Shown here in pieces: positions 31,898 to 43,304 of a stretch of 64,000 bases of DNA; position 1 is the first letter of the stretch; every line of letters starts with the position of its first letter. Both the position numbers and the translations under genes were made by a program. The notes beneath the pieces are model-generated. The model was not told where the DNA came from, searched no databases, and worked only from the letters and a program-made list of their open reading frames with translations. The stretch spans positions 7,911 through 71,910 of the forward strand of contig JBMHCM010000063.1 in the NCBI GenBank assembly GCA_049889915.1. Direction: 5' to 3'. This DNA comes from Parvibaculales bacterium. Lineage in GTDB: Bacteria; Pseudomonadota; Alphaproteobacteria; RS24.

Positions 31898-33820
31898 ATG
31901 AGTGCAGACAACAATATAGCCATGGCGCCCGGTTCAGCCGGTAACGGCACTGATTGGGATGTGATCGTAATCGGTGGCGGCCACGCTGGTTGCGAGGCCG
32001 CCGCTGCCGCGGCGCGGTTTGGCGCGCGCACCCTATTGGTGACGCATAAGCTCGAGACGATTGGCGAGATGTCTTGCAATCCGGCGATTGGCGGTGTCGG
32101 CAAGGGTCATTTGGTACGTGAGATTGATGCGCTGGACGGGCTGATGGGGCGGGTCGCTGACCGGGCCGGTATTCAGTTTCGTTTGCTTAATCGACGCAAG
32201 GGCCCGGCCGTTCATGGGCCGCGCACTCAGGCCGATCGCAAGCTGTATCGGCAGGCCATGCAGGCGGCCATTGCCGAGACCGAAAACCTTAGCGTTTTGG
32301 CGCAGCCGGTCGACGATTTGCTGGTAGCCGATGGCCGTGTTTGCGGTGTGGTGACGGCTGATGGGGAAAGCCATAAAACGGCCGCCGTGGTGCTGACCAC
32401 CGGCACGTTCTTGGACGGCATTATTCATATCGGCACGCAGCGTCGCCCGGCCGGTCGGCATGGCGAGGCACCGGCAGTGGCCTTGTCAAAGCGGCTTTAT
32501 GCGCTGGCTGCTGAAAGTGGTGTGCTGACGCTTGGGCGGATGAAAACCGGCACACCGGCACGGCTTGACGGGCGCACCATTGACACCGCGCAATTGGAGG
32601 CGCAACCGGCTGATGACGATCCGGTGCCGTTTTCTTTTCTGACCGAGAAGATTACCGTGCCGCAGACCGTTTGTTACATCACCCATACCAATCAGGCGAC
32701 CTTTGATATTATCGAAGAAAACATCCTTAAATCGCCGGTCTATTCCGGCCAGATTGAAGGGGTGGGGCCGCGTTATTGCCCGGCCATTGAAGATAAAGTG
32801 GCGCGGTTTCCTGAGCGCAAGAGCCATCAGATTTTCTTGGAGCCGGAGGGGCTGGACGACCCGACGGTTTATCCGAACGGTATTTCCACATCGCTGCCCG
32901 AGGAGCTGCAGGACCGTTTCATCCGCACTATTCCGGGGCTGGAAAATGTGCATATTATGCGGCCCGGCTACGCCATTGAATATGATTATGTCGACCCGCG
33001 CGCCCTGCTGCCCAGTCTGGAGCTGAAAAGCCTGCCGGGGCTGTATTTGGCCGGACAGATTAACGGCACAACCGGCTATGAAGAAGCGGCCGGACAAGGG
33101 CTGGTGGCCGGTCTCAACGCGGCCCGCGCCGCGGCCGGACAAGACGCCGTGCAGTTTGACCGCGCTGAGGCCTATCTCGGTGTGATGATTGATGATTTGG
33201 TCACCAAGGGCGTTTCTGAGCCCTATCGGATGTTTACCGCGCGGGCTGAATATCGCCTGACCCTGCGAGCGGACAATGCCGACCAGCGTTTAACCGCCAA
33301 AGGCATGGCCGCCGGGCTGGTGGGCAGCCAAAGAGCCGCCGCCTTTGAAGCGAAAATGCAAGCCTTGCAGACGGCCCGTGCCAAAGCTGCCGATTGGACC
33401 CTGACGCCCAATGAGGCGGCGGCGCATGGCTTGCATATTCGCGCCGATGGGGTGCGCCGCACGATGAGCGAGCTGTTGGCCTATCCGTCGATTGACTGGG
33501 CTGATTTGGCGCGCATCTGGCCGGAAATGCAGGAATGGGCGCAGCCGGTGCGGGCACAGATTGAAACCGATGCCCGTTACGCCGGTTATCTCGACCGGCA
33601 GCAAGCGGATATTGACGCGTTCCGCCGCGATGAGGCCTTGGCCTTGCCGGTCGATATGGATTATTTGGCACTGGAGGGCATGGCAACGGAAGTGCGCCAG
33701 AAATTGGCGGCGGCACGACCGACCACTTTGGGCCAGGCGGCGCGGCTGGACGGCATGACACCGGCAGCCCTGACCCTTTTGCTGCACCATGCCCGCAAAG
33801 CGCAACGGGCAGCAGAATAG
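31898..33820 (+). CDS. mnmG: tRNA uridine-5-carboxymethylaminomethyl synthesis enzyme MnmG (GidA)
   Basis: [45 protein letters not shown]. Confidence 0.99.
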   Translation: MSADNNIAMAPGSAGNGTDWDVIVIGGGHAGCEAAAAAARFGARTLLVTHKLETIGEMSCNPAIGGVGKGHLVREIDALDGLMGRVADRAGIQFRLLNRRKGPAVHGPRTQADRKLYRQAMQAAIAETENLSVLAQPVDDLLVADGRVCGVVTADGESHKTAAVVLTTGTFLDGIIHIGTQRRPAGRHGEAPAVALSKRLYALAAESGVLTLGRMKTGTPARLDGRTIDTAQLEAQPADDDPVPFSFLTEKITVPQTVCYITHTNQATFDIIEENILKSPVYSGQIEGVGPRYCPAIEDKVARFPERKSHQIFLEPEGLDDPTVYPNGISTSLPEELQDRFIRTIPGLENVHIMRPGYAIEYDYVDPRALLPSLELKSLPGLYLAGQINGTTGYEEAAGQGLVAGLNAARAAAGQDAVQFDRAEAYLGVMIDDLVTKGVSEPYRMFTARAEYRLTLRADNADQRLTAKGMAAGLVGSQRAAAFEAKMQALQTARAKAADWTLTPNEAAAHGLHIRADGVRRTMSELLAYPSIDWADLARIWPEMQEWAQPVRAQIETDARYAGYLDRQQADIDAFRRDEALALPVDMDYLALEGMATEVRQKLAAARPTTLGQAARLDGMTPAALTLLLHHARKAQRAAE

Positions 33821-33826
33821 ACATCC

Positions 33827-34498
33827 ATGAGTAAAAGCGCAGAAATTGCCGAAAGCGCGGCCGGGTTTGCCGCCCAGTTCGATGTTTCACGTGAAACATT
33901 GGCGCGACTGACCACTTATCAAGCCCTGCTTGGGAAGTGGCAAAAGGCGGTCAATTTGGTCGGCCCCTCCACACTGGCGCAGTTTTGGCAACGCCATGCG
34001 GCAGACTCGGCTCAGCTTTTGGCCTATGCACCGCCCAGCGGCAAGATATGGCTCGATTTGGGCAGCGGTGCCGGTTTTCCGGCACTTGTGCTGTCCATTT
34101 TGCTGGCCGAGCGTCACCCGAAGGCGTGTGTGCATATGGTGGAAAGCGACCGCAAAAAGGTCAATTTTTTGCGCACCGTCATTCGCGAATGCGGTCTGAC
34201 GGCTGAAGTGCATCATATGCGCATTGAAAAGCTGGCTGACGCGCCGCCGCCAGGCCTCGCGCAGGTTGATGTCATTACGGCGCGCGCTTTGGCGGCTTTG
34301 CCGCAATTGGCCGCCTATATGGCGCCGTTTTTCAATTCATCCACAATCGCCTTGCTGCATAAGGGGCGTGAATGGCAAGAGGAATTGACGCAGTGTCGTG
34401 AAATGTGGAAACTGCAAGTCGCGGCGCATCACAGTCTGACCGATCCGGCGGCCCGCATTCTGGCTCTGTCAGATTTGCGCGCCAAACCGTTTCACTAG
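33827..34498 (+). CDS. rsmG: 16S rRNA m7G527 methyltransferase RsmG (GidB)
   Basis: RHAADS, DLGSGAGFP, VESDRKK, TARALA, HKG. Confidence 0.96.
   Translation: MSKSAEIAESAAGFAAQFDVSRETLARLTTYQALLGKWQKAVNLVGPSTLAQFWQRHAADSAQLLAYAPPSGKIWLDLGSGAGFPALVLSILLAERHPKACVHMVESDRKKVNFLRTVIRECGLTAEVHHMRIEKLADAPPPGLAQVDVITARALAALPQLAAYMAPFFNSSTIALLHKGREWQEELTQCREMWKLQVAAHHSLTDPAARILALSDLRAKPFH
33883..33898. promoter_or_regulatory. parS site inside the rsmG coding sequence
   Basis: Perfect TGTTTCACGTGAAACA, read in frame as D-V-S-R-E-T. Confidence 0.93.
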
Positions 34499-34516
34499 CC
34501 GCAAATTGGAGCTTTT

Positions 34517-35365
34517 ATGACTGACATGGCCGCCATCCAGACCAGCCCGATAGAGCAGAAAACGCGGTTTATCTGTTTGGCCAATCAAAAAGGCGGAGTC
34601 GGGAAAACCACCACGGCGATTAATCTGGCCACTGCCTTGGCGGCGGTTGATGAAAAAGTGCTGCTGATTGATATGGACCCGCAGGGCAATGCCTCAACCG
34701 GTTTGGGCATCGATCGGGCGGCCCGCACCACCACAAGCTTTGAATTGCTGCTGGGTGAAGTCAGTCTGGCCGAGGCGATTACCACCACTTTGGTGCCCGG
34801 TCTTGATGTGGTGCCGGCCAGTATGGATTTGCTCGGCGTTGAGGTTGAGCTGGCCGACAATCCGCGCCGTCTGCATCGGCTGAAGGACGAGTTGACGGGT
34901 TTTGTTGAAGCCCAGCCCAGCCGCTATTCCTACGTTTTTATCGATTGTCCGCCATCATTGAACATGCTGACGTTGAACGCCATGGTGGCGGCACAGTCGA
35001 TTTTGGTGCCATTGCAATGTGAGTTTTTTGCGCTCGAAGGATTAAGCCAACTATTGCAGACCATTGAGCAGGTGAAAACCAGCCTGAACAATCATTTGGA
35101 CATTCAGGGCATTGTGCTGACCATGTATGATGCGCGCAATAATTTATCTACCCAAGTCGAGGCCGATGTGCGCGGTCACTTTAATGAGTTGGTTTACCAA
35201 ACCCTGATCCCGCGCAATGTCCGCGTTTCGGAAGCGCCGAGCTTCGGCAAACCGGCGCTGCTTTATGATCACAAATGCAGCGGCTCGCAGGCCTATATGA
35301 AATTGGCCACCGAATTGATTAAACGTGAACGCCACCGCGCGACGGCAAATGAAGCGGCAAAGTGA
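34517..35365 (+). CDS. parA: Chromosome partitioning ATPase ParA
   Basis: NQKGGVGKTTT, DMDPQGNA, IDCPPSL, IPRNVRVSEAPSFG. Confidence 0.97.
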   Translation: MTDMAAIQTSPIEQKTRFICLANQKGGVGKTTTAINLATALAAVDEKVLLIDMDPQGNASTGLGIDRAARTTTSFELLLGEVSLAEAITTTLVPGLDVVPASMDLLGVEVELADNPRRLHRLKDELTGFVEAQPSRYSYVFIDCPPSLNMLTLNAMVAAQSILVPLQCEFFALEGLSQLLQTIEQVKTSLNNHLDIQGIVLTMYDARNNLSTQVEADVRGHFNELVYQTLIPRNVRVSEAPSFGKPALLYDHKCSGSQAYMKLATELIKRERHRATANEAAK

Positions 35366-35372
35366 GGACATC

Positions 35373-36341
35373 ATGAACGATAAAAAACGAGGTTTGGGAC
35401 GCGGGCTGTCAGCCTTGATTGGCGATACGGTCGAGCAGGCTCCGGCCGGAAATGATGCCGCAGCACCGGCAAGCACGGCCGCGCCGATGGCTGCAACCGA
35501 GACGGCAAGCGGTCAACCGCAGCGGCTTGGTGTCGATCAATTGCAGGCCGGTAAATTTCAGCCGCGGCAAAATTTTGCCGATGAAGATTTGCAAGCTCTG
35601 GCCGCATCGATCGCCAAATCCGGGATTTTGCAACCGCTCTTGGTGCGGCCCTTAAGTGCCGGCGCAGCGGGTAATGGAACTGATGGTGCGGCGCAATATG
35701 AGATTATTGCCGGTGAGCGACGCTGGCGGGCGGCGCAATTGGCCAAGCTGCATGATGTGCCGGTGATTGTGCAAAACATTAATGATGTGACGGCACTGGA
35801 AATCGGTATTATCGAAAACGTCCAACGCGCCGACCTCAATCCGATTGAAGAAGCTGAAGGATATCAACGACTTATCAGCGAGTTTGCCTATACGCAGGCG
35901 GAGCTGGCCGACACCATTGGCAAAAGCCGCAGCCATATCGCCAATTTGCTGCGCTTGACGGAAGCCCCGCAAGCGGTGCGCCAAGCATTGATTGACGGCA
36001 AAATTTCCATGGGCCATGCGCGCGCCCTTTTGGGTGTTGAAGAGCCGGCCGCTTTGGTCAAACAAATCATCGCCGAGGGGTTGAGCGTGCGGGCGGTTGA
36101 GAAATTGGCCGCGGCGGCAAAACCCAACGACGCATCAGACGGCAAAGCGGATGGACGACCGGCGTCCGGTAAAGCGGAAAAAGATGCCGACACACGGGCC
36201 TTGGAAAAAACAATTTCCGATGCGCTCGGCCTGGCCGTTTCCATTGATGATAAAGGCGCCGATTGCGGTGGCGCCGTGACGCTGGAATATAAAACGCTGG
36301 AACAGCTTGATGATGTGGTCGCCAAACTGATCGGCAACTGA
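35373..36341 (+). CDS. parB: Chromosome partitioning protein ParB
   Basis: GLGRGLSALI, QPR, IIAGERRWRAA, ENVQRADL, HTH GKSRSHIANLLRL. Confidence 0.97.
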   Translation: MNDKKRGLGRGLSALIGDTVEQAPAGNDAAAPASTAAPMAATETASGQPQRLGVDQLQAGKFQPRQNFADEDLQALAASIAKSGILQPLLVRPLSAGAAGNGTDGAAQYEIIAGERRWRAAQLAKLHDVPVIVQNINDVTALEIGIIENVQRADLNPIEEAEGYQRLISEFAYTQAELADTIGKSRSHIANLLRLTEAPQAVRQALIDGKISMGHARALLGVEEPAALVKQIIAEGLSVRAVEKLAAAAKPNDASDGKADGRPASGKAEKDADTRALEKTISDALGLAVSIDDKGADCGGAVTLEYKTLEQLDDVVAKLIGN

Positions 36342-36358
36342 TTGCAAGCGGCCGTGGT

Positions 36359-37414
36359 TTATAAACGCGCCGCCCGCGCGATACGCAAAATCGCCTGACC
36401 GGCTTGCGCATGCGCCAGACCGGCAGCGGCCCCCCGACACGCGGTTTCGGCCTCTTGCAAAATCGATAAGGCGCGCGCCACTTTGCGCGATGACCAAAAC
36501 CGCATTTGCTCCTCAACCAAAGGCTTGCGGCGAAAATGCAAAGGCGGACGAAAAGCGGCCAAAGCTTGATTTTGCGGTGTGCCTTTCTCCAACAGACCCA
36601 ATGCCAAATGCAGTGTTTGGAAATGCAGCCGGAGGGTGGGCAGCGTGTTGGCGGCTGAGGTGCCGGCTTCGGCCAGGCGGGCCAGCGCGCGGTCGGCGGC
36701 ATCCAACCGCCCCAAGGCGACATTATCAATCAGCTTGTCAAAACCGGCTTGCGTTTGGTCGCCCAATCCGGCCTCAATATCTTCAGCGGTAATCATGCCG
36801 GTCGGGTCTTTTTTGCCGAGCGGGCCTTTAAACAAAACCAACCGCTCCAATTCGCGCTGGATAATGCCGCGATCGGTTGCCAAGCGGGCGCCCAACATAT
36901 CCAAGGCTTGCGCGTCAATGCGGTAATTCTCGGCCTCCAAAAAACTGCGGGTCAGTCGGGCAATGTCGCGCCCTTCCAGCGCATAGCAGGGTAGCGCCAT
37001 GGCGTTTTTATGTTTCTCGGCCAATTTGCGCAACGCCGATGACGGCTTTAAATTGCCCGCCTCAATGACCACCAGACTTTGCGCATTGGCGGCCGGTTCG
37101 CTTTCCAGCCAAAGTCGCGCCGCCTCGGGCACGGCCCCGCCACCACCGGTCACCCGCACCAATTTGCTGTCCCCAAACATCGGCAGGGCGGCGGCTTCAT
37201 CGGCCAAAAGACCGGGCTGTCCGGTCAATTGCCCGTCGTGAAAATCGACATATTGCAGCGGGTCAAAATCAGCGCCGAGAAATTTTTGTTTCAGCGTCTT
37301 GCCGGTTTCAGCCACACCGCCTTCATCGGGGCCATAAATCAACACCAAAGCCGGCAGGCTGGTCGGCGTCATTTCCGACAGCCAGCCCTCCACCTTATAG
37401 GCCTGCAGCTTCAC
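36359..37414 (-). CDS. holA: DNA polymerase III delta subunit
   Basis: LIYGPDEG, LPMFG, S.LRKLAE, ELERL, PPLHF; leuS-lptE-holA operon. Confidence 0.9.
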   Translation of the reverse strand: MKLQAYKVEGWLSEMTPTSLPALVLIYGPDEGGVAETGKTLKQKFLGADFDPLQYVDFHDGQLTGQPGLLADEAAALPMFGDSKLVRVTGGGGAVPEAARLWLESEPAANAQSLVVIEAGNLKPSSALRKLAEKHKNAMALPCYALEGRDIARLTRSFLEAENYRIDAQALDMLGARLATDRGIIQRELERLVLFKGPLGKKDPTGMITAEDIEAGLGDQTQAGFDKLIDNVALGRLDAADRALARLAEAGTSAANTLPTLRLHFQTLHLALGLLEKGTPQNQALAAFRPPLHFRRKPLVEEQMRFWSSRKVARALSILQEAETACRGAAAGLAHAQAGQAILRIARAARL

Positions 37415-37965
37415 TGTTTGGCCTCTTGGTCATCTTCTCGTGCGCCCTCTTGGGTAGTCCGTTTTTCACGCGGCAAAGCGGCGACGAAGGCGGCCATGCG
37501 ATCGGCCAATTGTTGCAGCGCCAAATCGGTCAATTCGCGCTTGCGTTGCATTTCATCGGCCGCACTGTCAGAGCCGGCCAGGCTCAGCGTTTCGGTAAAC
37601 CGCGCATTGCGCTGCCGGTCATCATCCGCATGTCGGGCGACAATTGTGCCGGAAAACTGCAATTGCGTGCGTTGCGCATCGCCGCTGGCATCCAATTGGC
37701 TGTCACTGCTGCTTTGGCTGACCGCGACCGTAATATGCCAAACACCAGTTTCGCTGAGGCGCAGTCTTTCGCGCAGAGACCTTGCCAATAATTGGTTCGA
37801 GAGTTGCGCCGATGTCTCAGCTTTAACCGAGGCCACCCCAACCCTGTTTTCATTCAGCCGATGTACCGGCGTAAAGCCGCAAGCTGCCAGCATCAGACCG
37901 GCCGCGGCAAGTGCCGACCATTTTTGCGACCAATGACGGCGCCGGTTAAATGACGATGTTGACAA
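37411..37965 (-). CDS. lptE: LPS-assembly lipoprotein LptE-like (start uncertain, TTG at 37965)
   Basis: Lipobox LAAC-GFTP; located between leuS and holA. Confidence 0.72.
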   Translation of the reverse strand: MSTSSFNRRRHWSQKWSALAAAGLMLAACGFTPVHRLNENRVGVASVKAETSAQLSNQLLARSLRERLRLSETGVWHITVAVSQSSSDSQLDASGDAQRTQLQFSGTIVARHADDDRQRNARFTETLSLAGSDSAADEMQRKRELTDLALQQLADRMAAFVAALPREKRTTQEGAREDDQEAKQ

Positions 37966-40522
37966 TGCGCCCCGGCACGACAATGACTTTTTTGATCGGC
38001 TTGCCGTCAATGAACTTCTCCACTTGCGGGTCGGCCAAAGCGGCTGCCTCGACGGTCGCCGCATCGGCTTCTTTGGCGACGGTAATGTCACCGCGTTTTT
38101 TACCGCCGACTTGCACCGGCAGGGTAATCACATCTTCAACCAAAACGCTGTCATCGGCAACCGGCCAAGCGGCCTCGGCCAATAATCCGTCGCCGCCGAG
38201 TATCTCCCAACCGGTTTCGGCCAAATGCGGCACCATCGGCCCCAAAAGCTGCGCCAGCACACGCAAGCCATAGATATAGCAATGTTTGTCTTCAGCAGTC
38301 TCAGGCTGGAACGCCGACAAGGCATTGGTCAGCTCATACAATCGCGCCACGGCGCGGTTAAAGCCAAGTGCCGCCAAATCATCACTGACCGCGGCAACGG
38401 CTTTTTGGCAGGCACGATAGAGGTCTAAAGCTTTTTTTTGCTCGCCAGCCGGCGGGCCGGAAGCGATATCGGCATCACCAACCAAGGCGCGCGCGCCATC
38501 AAACAGGCGCCACACACGGTTGATGAAGCGCCAGGCCCCTTCAATGCCGTCTTGTGTCCATTGAACATCGCGCTCCGGCGGGCTGTCGGACAGCATAAAC
38601 CAACGCGCTGTGTCGGCGCCGTAACGAGCGATAATATCATCCGGGTCGACAACATTTTTCTTCGACTTGGACATTTTCTCAATGCCGCCAATCGTAACTG
38701 CGATATTTTCGTCATCGGCCAGGACGGCATCTTTTTCGCGGCGGATAATTTCTTGCGGTGCCAGCCATTGCCCGTCCGGATGTTTATAGGTCTCGTGATT
38801 GACCATGCCTTGGGTGAACAGACCGTCAAACGGCTCTTTGACGCTTAAATGGCCGGTAATTTGCATGGCGCGGGCATAAAACCGCGCATAAAGCAGATGC
38901 AAAATCGCATGCTCAATGCCGCCAATATATTGGTCAACCGGCAGCCAATAATCGACCGCCTGTTTGTCGGTCGGGCTGTCTTCGGCCAGTCCGGCAAAGC
39001 GGGCAAAATACCAAGAGCTGTCAATAAAAGTGTCAAATGTGTCGGTCTCGCGCTGTGCTGCCGCGCCGCAAGACGGGCAATCGACATGTTTCCAGCTCGG
39101 GTGATGATCAAGCGGATTGCCCGGCTTTTCAAAACTCACATCATCCGGCAATGTCACCGGCAGCTCGGCGCGCGGCACCGGCACCGTGCCGCAAGACGGG
39201 CAATGAATTACCGGTATTGGGCAGCCCCAATAACGTTGCCGCGACACACCCCAATCGCGCAAGCGGAAGTTGACCTTACGGTGCCCCAAACCTTGCGCCT
39301 CAAATTGGTCAATTATCTGCGCCCGTGCGGCTTGTGGGGTCAGCCCATCCAATGGGCCGGAATTGACCATCACCCCATCGCCCGTATAGGCGGTGTCGGT
39401 GACGGCTAAACCCGCCTCATCTTTTGGCCGCACCACAGTGCGCACCGGCAAGTCATATTTTAGCGCGAAATCCAAATCGCGCTGGTCATGCGCCGGACAG
39501 GCGAAAATCGCGCCGGTGCCATAGCCCATCAACACGAAATTGGCGATATAGACCGGCAGTTGCCAATCTGCATCAAGCGGGTGGGAAACTTTCAGGCCGG
39601 TATCAAAGCCAAGCTTTTCACCGGCTTCTATATCAGCCTCGGATGTGCCGCGCCGCGCGCATTCGGCGCGAAAGGCTGCCAAATCGGCATTGCCCTCGGC
39701 CAGCTGCAAGGCCAGCGGGTGGTCCGGTGAAATGGCGCAAAAACTGGCGCCATATAATGTATCCGGCCGAGTAGTGTAAATTTCCAAAGCGGAAAAATCA
39801 CCGACCGGTTCAGTCAGCCGGAAAGAGCAAGCCAGCCCTTCCGAACGGCCGATCCAATTGGCTTGCATCAGGCGGACTTTTTCCGGCCAGCGTTCCAGCC
39901 CGTCCAGCGCGCTCAGCAGCTCATCGGCATGTTCGGAGATTTTCAAAAACCATTGCGTCAGTCTTTTCTGCTCAACCGGCGCACCGGAACGCCAGCCCTT
40001 GCCGTCAATCACTTGCTCATTGGCCAATACGGTTTGGTCAACCGGGTCCCAATTGACCACGCTTTCGCGCCGATCGACCAAATCGGCATCGAGGAAATCC
40101 AAAAACATCGCTTGTTCATGGGCGTAATAGCTCGGATCGCAAGTGGCGAATTCACGGCTCCAATCAATCGACAGGCCAAGCTTTTTCAGCTGCCCACGCA
40201 TGGCGTCAATATTGCCATAGGTCCAACTGCCCGGATGGGTGCCTTTTTCCATCGCCGCATTTTCGGCCGGCATGCCAAATGCATCCCAGCCCATTGGGTG
40301 CAGTACGTTAAAGCCTTGCGCTTTTTTGAAACGTGCCACCACATCGCCCATGGCATAATTGCGCACATGGCCCATATGAATGCGCCCCGACGGATAGGGA
40401 AACATTTCCAACACATAATATTTCGGGCGGTCGGTATCGGCGTCTCCGGCAGCGAAACAATCGGCATCCTCCCAAGCCGATTGCCAACGCGCCTCATGGG
40501 CCGATGGCTCATATTGCGTCAT
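37946..40522 (-). CDS. leuS: Leucine--tRNA ligase
   Basis: [14 protein letters not shown], editing-domain YTTRPDT and GYGTGA, KMSKS. Confidence 0.99.
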   Translation of the reverse strand: MTQYEPSAHEARWQSAWEDADCFAAGDADTDRPKYYVLEMFPYPSGRIHMGHVRNYAMGDVVARFKKAQGFNVLHPMGWDAFGMPAENAAMEKGTHPGSWTYGNIDAMRGQLKKLGLSIDWSREFATCDPSYYAHEQAMFLDFLDADLVDRRESVVNWDPVDQTVLANEQVIDGKGWRSGAPVEQKRLTQWFLKISEHADELLSALDGLERWPEKVRLMQANWIGRSEGLACSFRLTEPVGDFSALEIYTTRPDTLYGASFCAISPDHPLALQLAEGNADLAAFRAECARRGTSEADIEAGEKLGFDTGLKVSHPLDADWQLPVYIANFVLMGYGTGAIFACPAHDQRDLDFALKYDLPVRTVVRPKDEAGLAVTDTAYTGDGVMVNSGPLDGLTPQAARAQIIDQFEAQGLGHRKVNFRLRDWGVSRQRYWGCPIPVIHCPSCGTVPVPRAELPVTLPDDVSFEKPGNPLDHHPSWKHVDCPSCGAAAQRETDTFDTFIDSSWYFARFAGLAEDSPTDKQAVDYWLPVDQYIGGIEHAILHLLYARFYARAMQITGHLSVKEPFDGLFTQGMVNHETYKHPDGQWLAPQEIIRREKDAVLADDENIAVTIGGIEKMSKSKKNVVDPDDIIARYGADTARWFMLSDSPPERDVQWTQDGIEGAWRFINRVWRLFDGARALVGDADIASGPPAGEQKKALDLYRACQKAVAAVSDDLAALGFNRAVARLYELTNALSAFQPETAEDKHCYIYGLRVLAQLLGPMVPHLAETGWEILGGDGLLAEAAWPVADDSVLVEDVITLPVQVGGKKRGDITVAKEADAATVEAAALADPQVEKFIDGKPIKKVIVVPGRIVNIVI

Positions 40523-40531
40523 GTAAACGTC

Positions 40532-41113
40532 CTAGCGCGCAGTGCGGCGGGCCAAGGCGAAATCGCGGGCCCGCGTCAAAATGATATTTTCCATTTGCCG
40601 TTCGGCGCGCGGCGAGGCAGCCAAGCCGGTCCAGCGATTATTGCGCCATTTTTCACGGAAAATAGAAACCCGCAGCGCATCGGCGCGCAGTTCCAAACCG
40701 GTCAGCACAATATTGATTTTCACCCGTTCATTGGCGGCACCCGGGTCATTATACCAATCGGTGATAATCGTGCCGCCCATCGGGTCGGCCGCCGCCAAGG
40801 GCATAAAGCGGATGGTGTCCAAAGCGGCGCGCCATAAATCGCTATTGACGGCCAGCCCTTGCGGCAGGCTGTCTTGTGTTTGGGTGGAAGCTTCTTCACC
40901 TTGCGGTCCTGCGGTCTCGGCTTTTTTATCATCTTTAAAAAAGCTGAAATTGTCGAGAAACGAGCCGCTTTCTTCATTTGCGCCATTTGACAAGTCGGGA
41001 TAATCGGCCTCGGTCGTCAGATTGGCGCAAGCTGCCAATGAACCCGCCAATAAGGCGGCCAGAAGCGGTTTGGCCAATTTGGCAGTCAGCGATGTCGGTT
41101 TAGCAAAGCCCAT
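40532..41113 (-). CDS. DUF3576 family lipoprotein
   Basis: Lipobox LAAC; LWRAALDT..FMPL..ADP.GG.IITDWY, ILTRAR; upstream of leuS. Confidence 0.88.
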   Translation of the reverse strand: MGFAKPTSLTAKLAKPLLAALLAGSLAACANLTTEADYPDLSNGANEESGSFLDNFSFFKDDKKAETAGPQGEEASTQTQDSLPQGLAVNSDLWRAALDTIRFMPLAAADPMGGTIITDWYNDPGAANERVKINIVLTGLELRADALRVSIFREKWRNNRWTGLAASPRAERQMENIILTRARDFALARRTAR

Positions 41114-41250
41114 AGGAAACTCCGGAAAAAAGTCTGCTCAATTCATATGAAACGCGGCGGCAGATGTAAAGGCTGGATAGAAGATAAACGCCGCGAAAAA
41201 CAGTGTAACAGCGAGAGGTTTTGCGCCGCTAAGCGTCTTCAGCCTGCGGC

Positions 41251-41808
41251 TCAATCAGTGCTGGCAAAAGCACTGATCGCAGCAAAGCCGGCAAACACCG
41301 TACAGCTTGGGTCAAGCCGCGCCATTTTGGCGGCGCTCATGCCGCCCAGCGCAATGGGCGTGAGTTGCAAGGCTAAGGCCTGGCGGGCCAAGCCCTGCGC
41401 CCGTATCACCCCCAAAGGCGTGGCGCTCGGGTGGCTGGCCGTGGCAAATATCGGCGACAGCAAAACGCTGCGACAGCCGGCCCGTTGGGCCTGCAGTAAT
41501 TCGCGGCGATTATGCACGGCCGCACTGTCGGGCACCGCGCCGCAACGCAAAGCCGGTCGCGCCAATTGATAAGACGGGCAATGAAAGCCGACTTTCAGCC
41601 GCGCCGCGAGTTTGGCATCGCCGGCCACCGCGAAACTGACACCAAAGCGACGGCACAAATCGCGCATCGCTTCGGCCAAGCCGAGCCTGTCAGGCGTATC
41701 ATAATCGCGCAGAATGCACGCCGTCGGCCGCGCCTTGGCGATGATTGTTGGCCAATCGGGGCAACGCACGGCGTCGGAGAGGAAATAGCGCTGGGGAAAA
41801 GAAGTCAT
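41251..41808 (-). CDS. Thiamine phosphate synthase-like (ThiE/TenI fold) protein
   Basis: AAVHN..E, LLSPIFATASHP, IALGGM; short alphaproteobacterial variant, function uncertain. Confidence 0.75.
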   Translation of the reverse strand: MTSFPQRYFLSDAVRCPDWPTIIAKARPTACILRDYDTPDRLGLAEAMRDLCRRFGVSFAVAGDAKLAARLKVGFHCPSYQLARPALRCGAVPDSAAVHNRRELLQAQRAGCRSVLLSPIFATASHPSATPLGVIRAQGLARQALALQLTPIALGGMSAAKMARLDPSCTVFAGFAAISAFASTD

Positions 41809-41926
41809 GGCGATGATTGAAAATTGCTATACTGCCCCCACATTAACCGATAATCACCGCGCCACAACCGGCCGGCTGACCCGTCAAAGCCTAAAGTTTA
41901 ACAAAGACACCGCCAGAGAGCCGAGA

Positions 41927-42619
41927 ATGACCGATATGCCAGCCGACCACTCAGTCGAGAGTGCTGCCGACAAATTAGCGCATGTTCAAGCCGAAATGGC
42001 TGCCGCCGCGCAAGCCGCCGGGCGGCGCGCCGATGAGGTCATCCTGTTGGCCGTGTCGAAAACCAAGCCGGTCGAAGAGATCGAGCCCTTTATCGCCGCC
42101 GGTCACCGTCATTTTGCTGAAAACCGCGTGCAGGAGGCGGCGGAAAAATGGCCGGCCCTGCAACAAGCGCATGGCGATATTGAATTGCACCTCATCGGCT
42201 CGTTGCAAAGCAACAAGACCAAGCAGGCGGTGGATTTGTTCGATGTCATTCACACGCTTGATCGCGCCAAATTGGCGCGCAAATTGGCCGAGTTCAAAGA
42301 TCGGCCCGATTTTCCCAAGCTGTTTATCCAAGTCAATACCGGCGCTGAGCCGCAAAAAGCCGGCATTGAACCGGAGCACTTGGCCGATTTTCATGCGCTG
42401 TGTCGCGATTTGGGGCTGACAATTGACGGCTTGATGTGCATTCCACCGATTGATGAGGCGGCAGGTCCGCATTTCGCGCTTTTGGGCAAGCTGGCGGCCC
42501 TAATCGGCGTTGAACAGCTCTCCATGGGCATGACGGCCGATTATCCCAAAGCCATTGGATTGGGGGCCAGCCATATTCGCGTCGGGACACAATTATTCGG
42601 CGCCCGCCAAAAGCCATAA
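41927..42619 (+). CDS. yggS: PLP homeostasis protein YggS/PROSC
   Basis: LAVSKT, FAENRVQE, HLIGSLQSNK, GLMCIPP, LSMGM, IRVGT. Confidence 0.95.
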   Translation: MTDMPADHSVESAADKLAHVQAEMAAAAQAAGRRADEVILLAVSKTKPVEEIEPFIAAGHRHFAENRVQEAAEKWPALQQAHGDIELHLIGSLQSNKTKQAVDLFDVIHTLDRAKLARKLAEFKDRPDFPKLFIQVNTGAEPQKAGIEPEHLADFHALCRDLGLTIDGLMCIPPIDEAAGPHFALLGKLAALIGVEQLSMGMTADYPKAIGLGASHIRVGTQLFGARQKP

Positions 42620-42645
42620 GTCCAAAAAAGCGGCTACTTGCGAAT

Positions 42646-43194
42646 TTATTGCGGGCCTTCGGTAATCTCTACCAGACAACCCGGCCGGGCATGGCGGACA
42701 ATGAAGCGCAGCGTTGCAAAGCTGACGGCGATGCAGCCCAGGGTCGGCTGGAAGTTTTTTTTCTGGAAATGCAAAAAAATCGCGCTCCCTTGGCCGGCTT
42801 GCGGCGGATCGTCATTATGGCCCAGCGTAAAAAACCCGTCATACAGGCCGTCATGCCGCCACAAACGCTCGTGACTGGCGGCAAATGGACGCCTGATCGG
42901 CCGATTATAGGCGTTATGAGTCGGCGCATCGCACCAGCCGCTTTTCTGCTGAATTTGATGCGTTTCAAAGGCGGTTTCAGGGCTCTGCAACCGGTCGGGG
43001 CGGTACCAAAATTGCCGTAAGGGGAAAACCCCCAAAGGGGTTGCCCGATCGCCTTCTTTTTTGGCCTTGCTGACGCCGGCCGCCCCCAAAGCGCAACGCG
43101 CCCGATGCGGCCCAAAGCGCAATACGCCGTGATGCGCTTGCGCACCGGTCGGGTGCACGCGAATGATTTGTCGAAAACGGGGCGCATGGCTCAT
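42646..43194 (-). CDS. L,D-transpeptidase (YkuD-like) family protein without signal peptide
   Basis: KEGDRATPLG, GWCDAP...YN, GSAIFLH...PTLGCIA. Confidence 0.88.
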   Translation of the reverse strand: MSHAPRFRQIIRVHPTGAQAHHGVLRFGPHRARCALGAAGVSKAKKEGDRATPLGVFPLRQFWYRPDRLQSPETAFETHQIQQKSGWCDAPTHNAYNRPIRRPFAASHERLWRHDGLYDGFFTLGHNDDPPQAGQGSAIFLHFQKKNFQPTLGCIAVSFATLRFIVRHARPGCLVEITEGPQ

Positions 43195-43304
43195 GCCGCT
43201 AGGCTGGGCTTATTTGTTGGGCTTTTCAACCATGCTGACGGTCTGAAAACCCCTCTTGTTCATGGATGAAAATTTCGGCACTGTCGGTTGGTAAAGGAGT
43301 GCTT

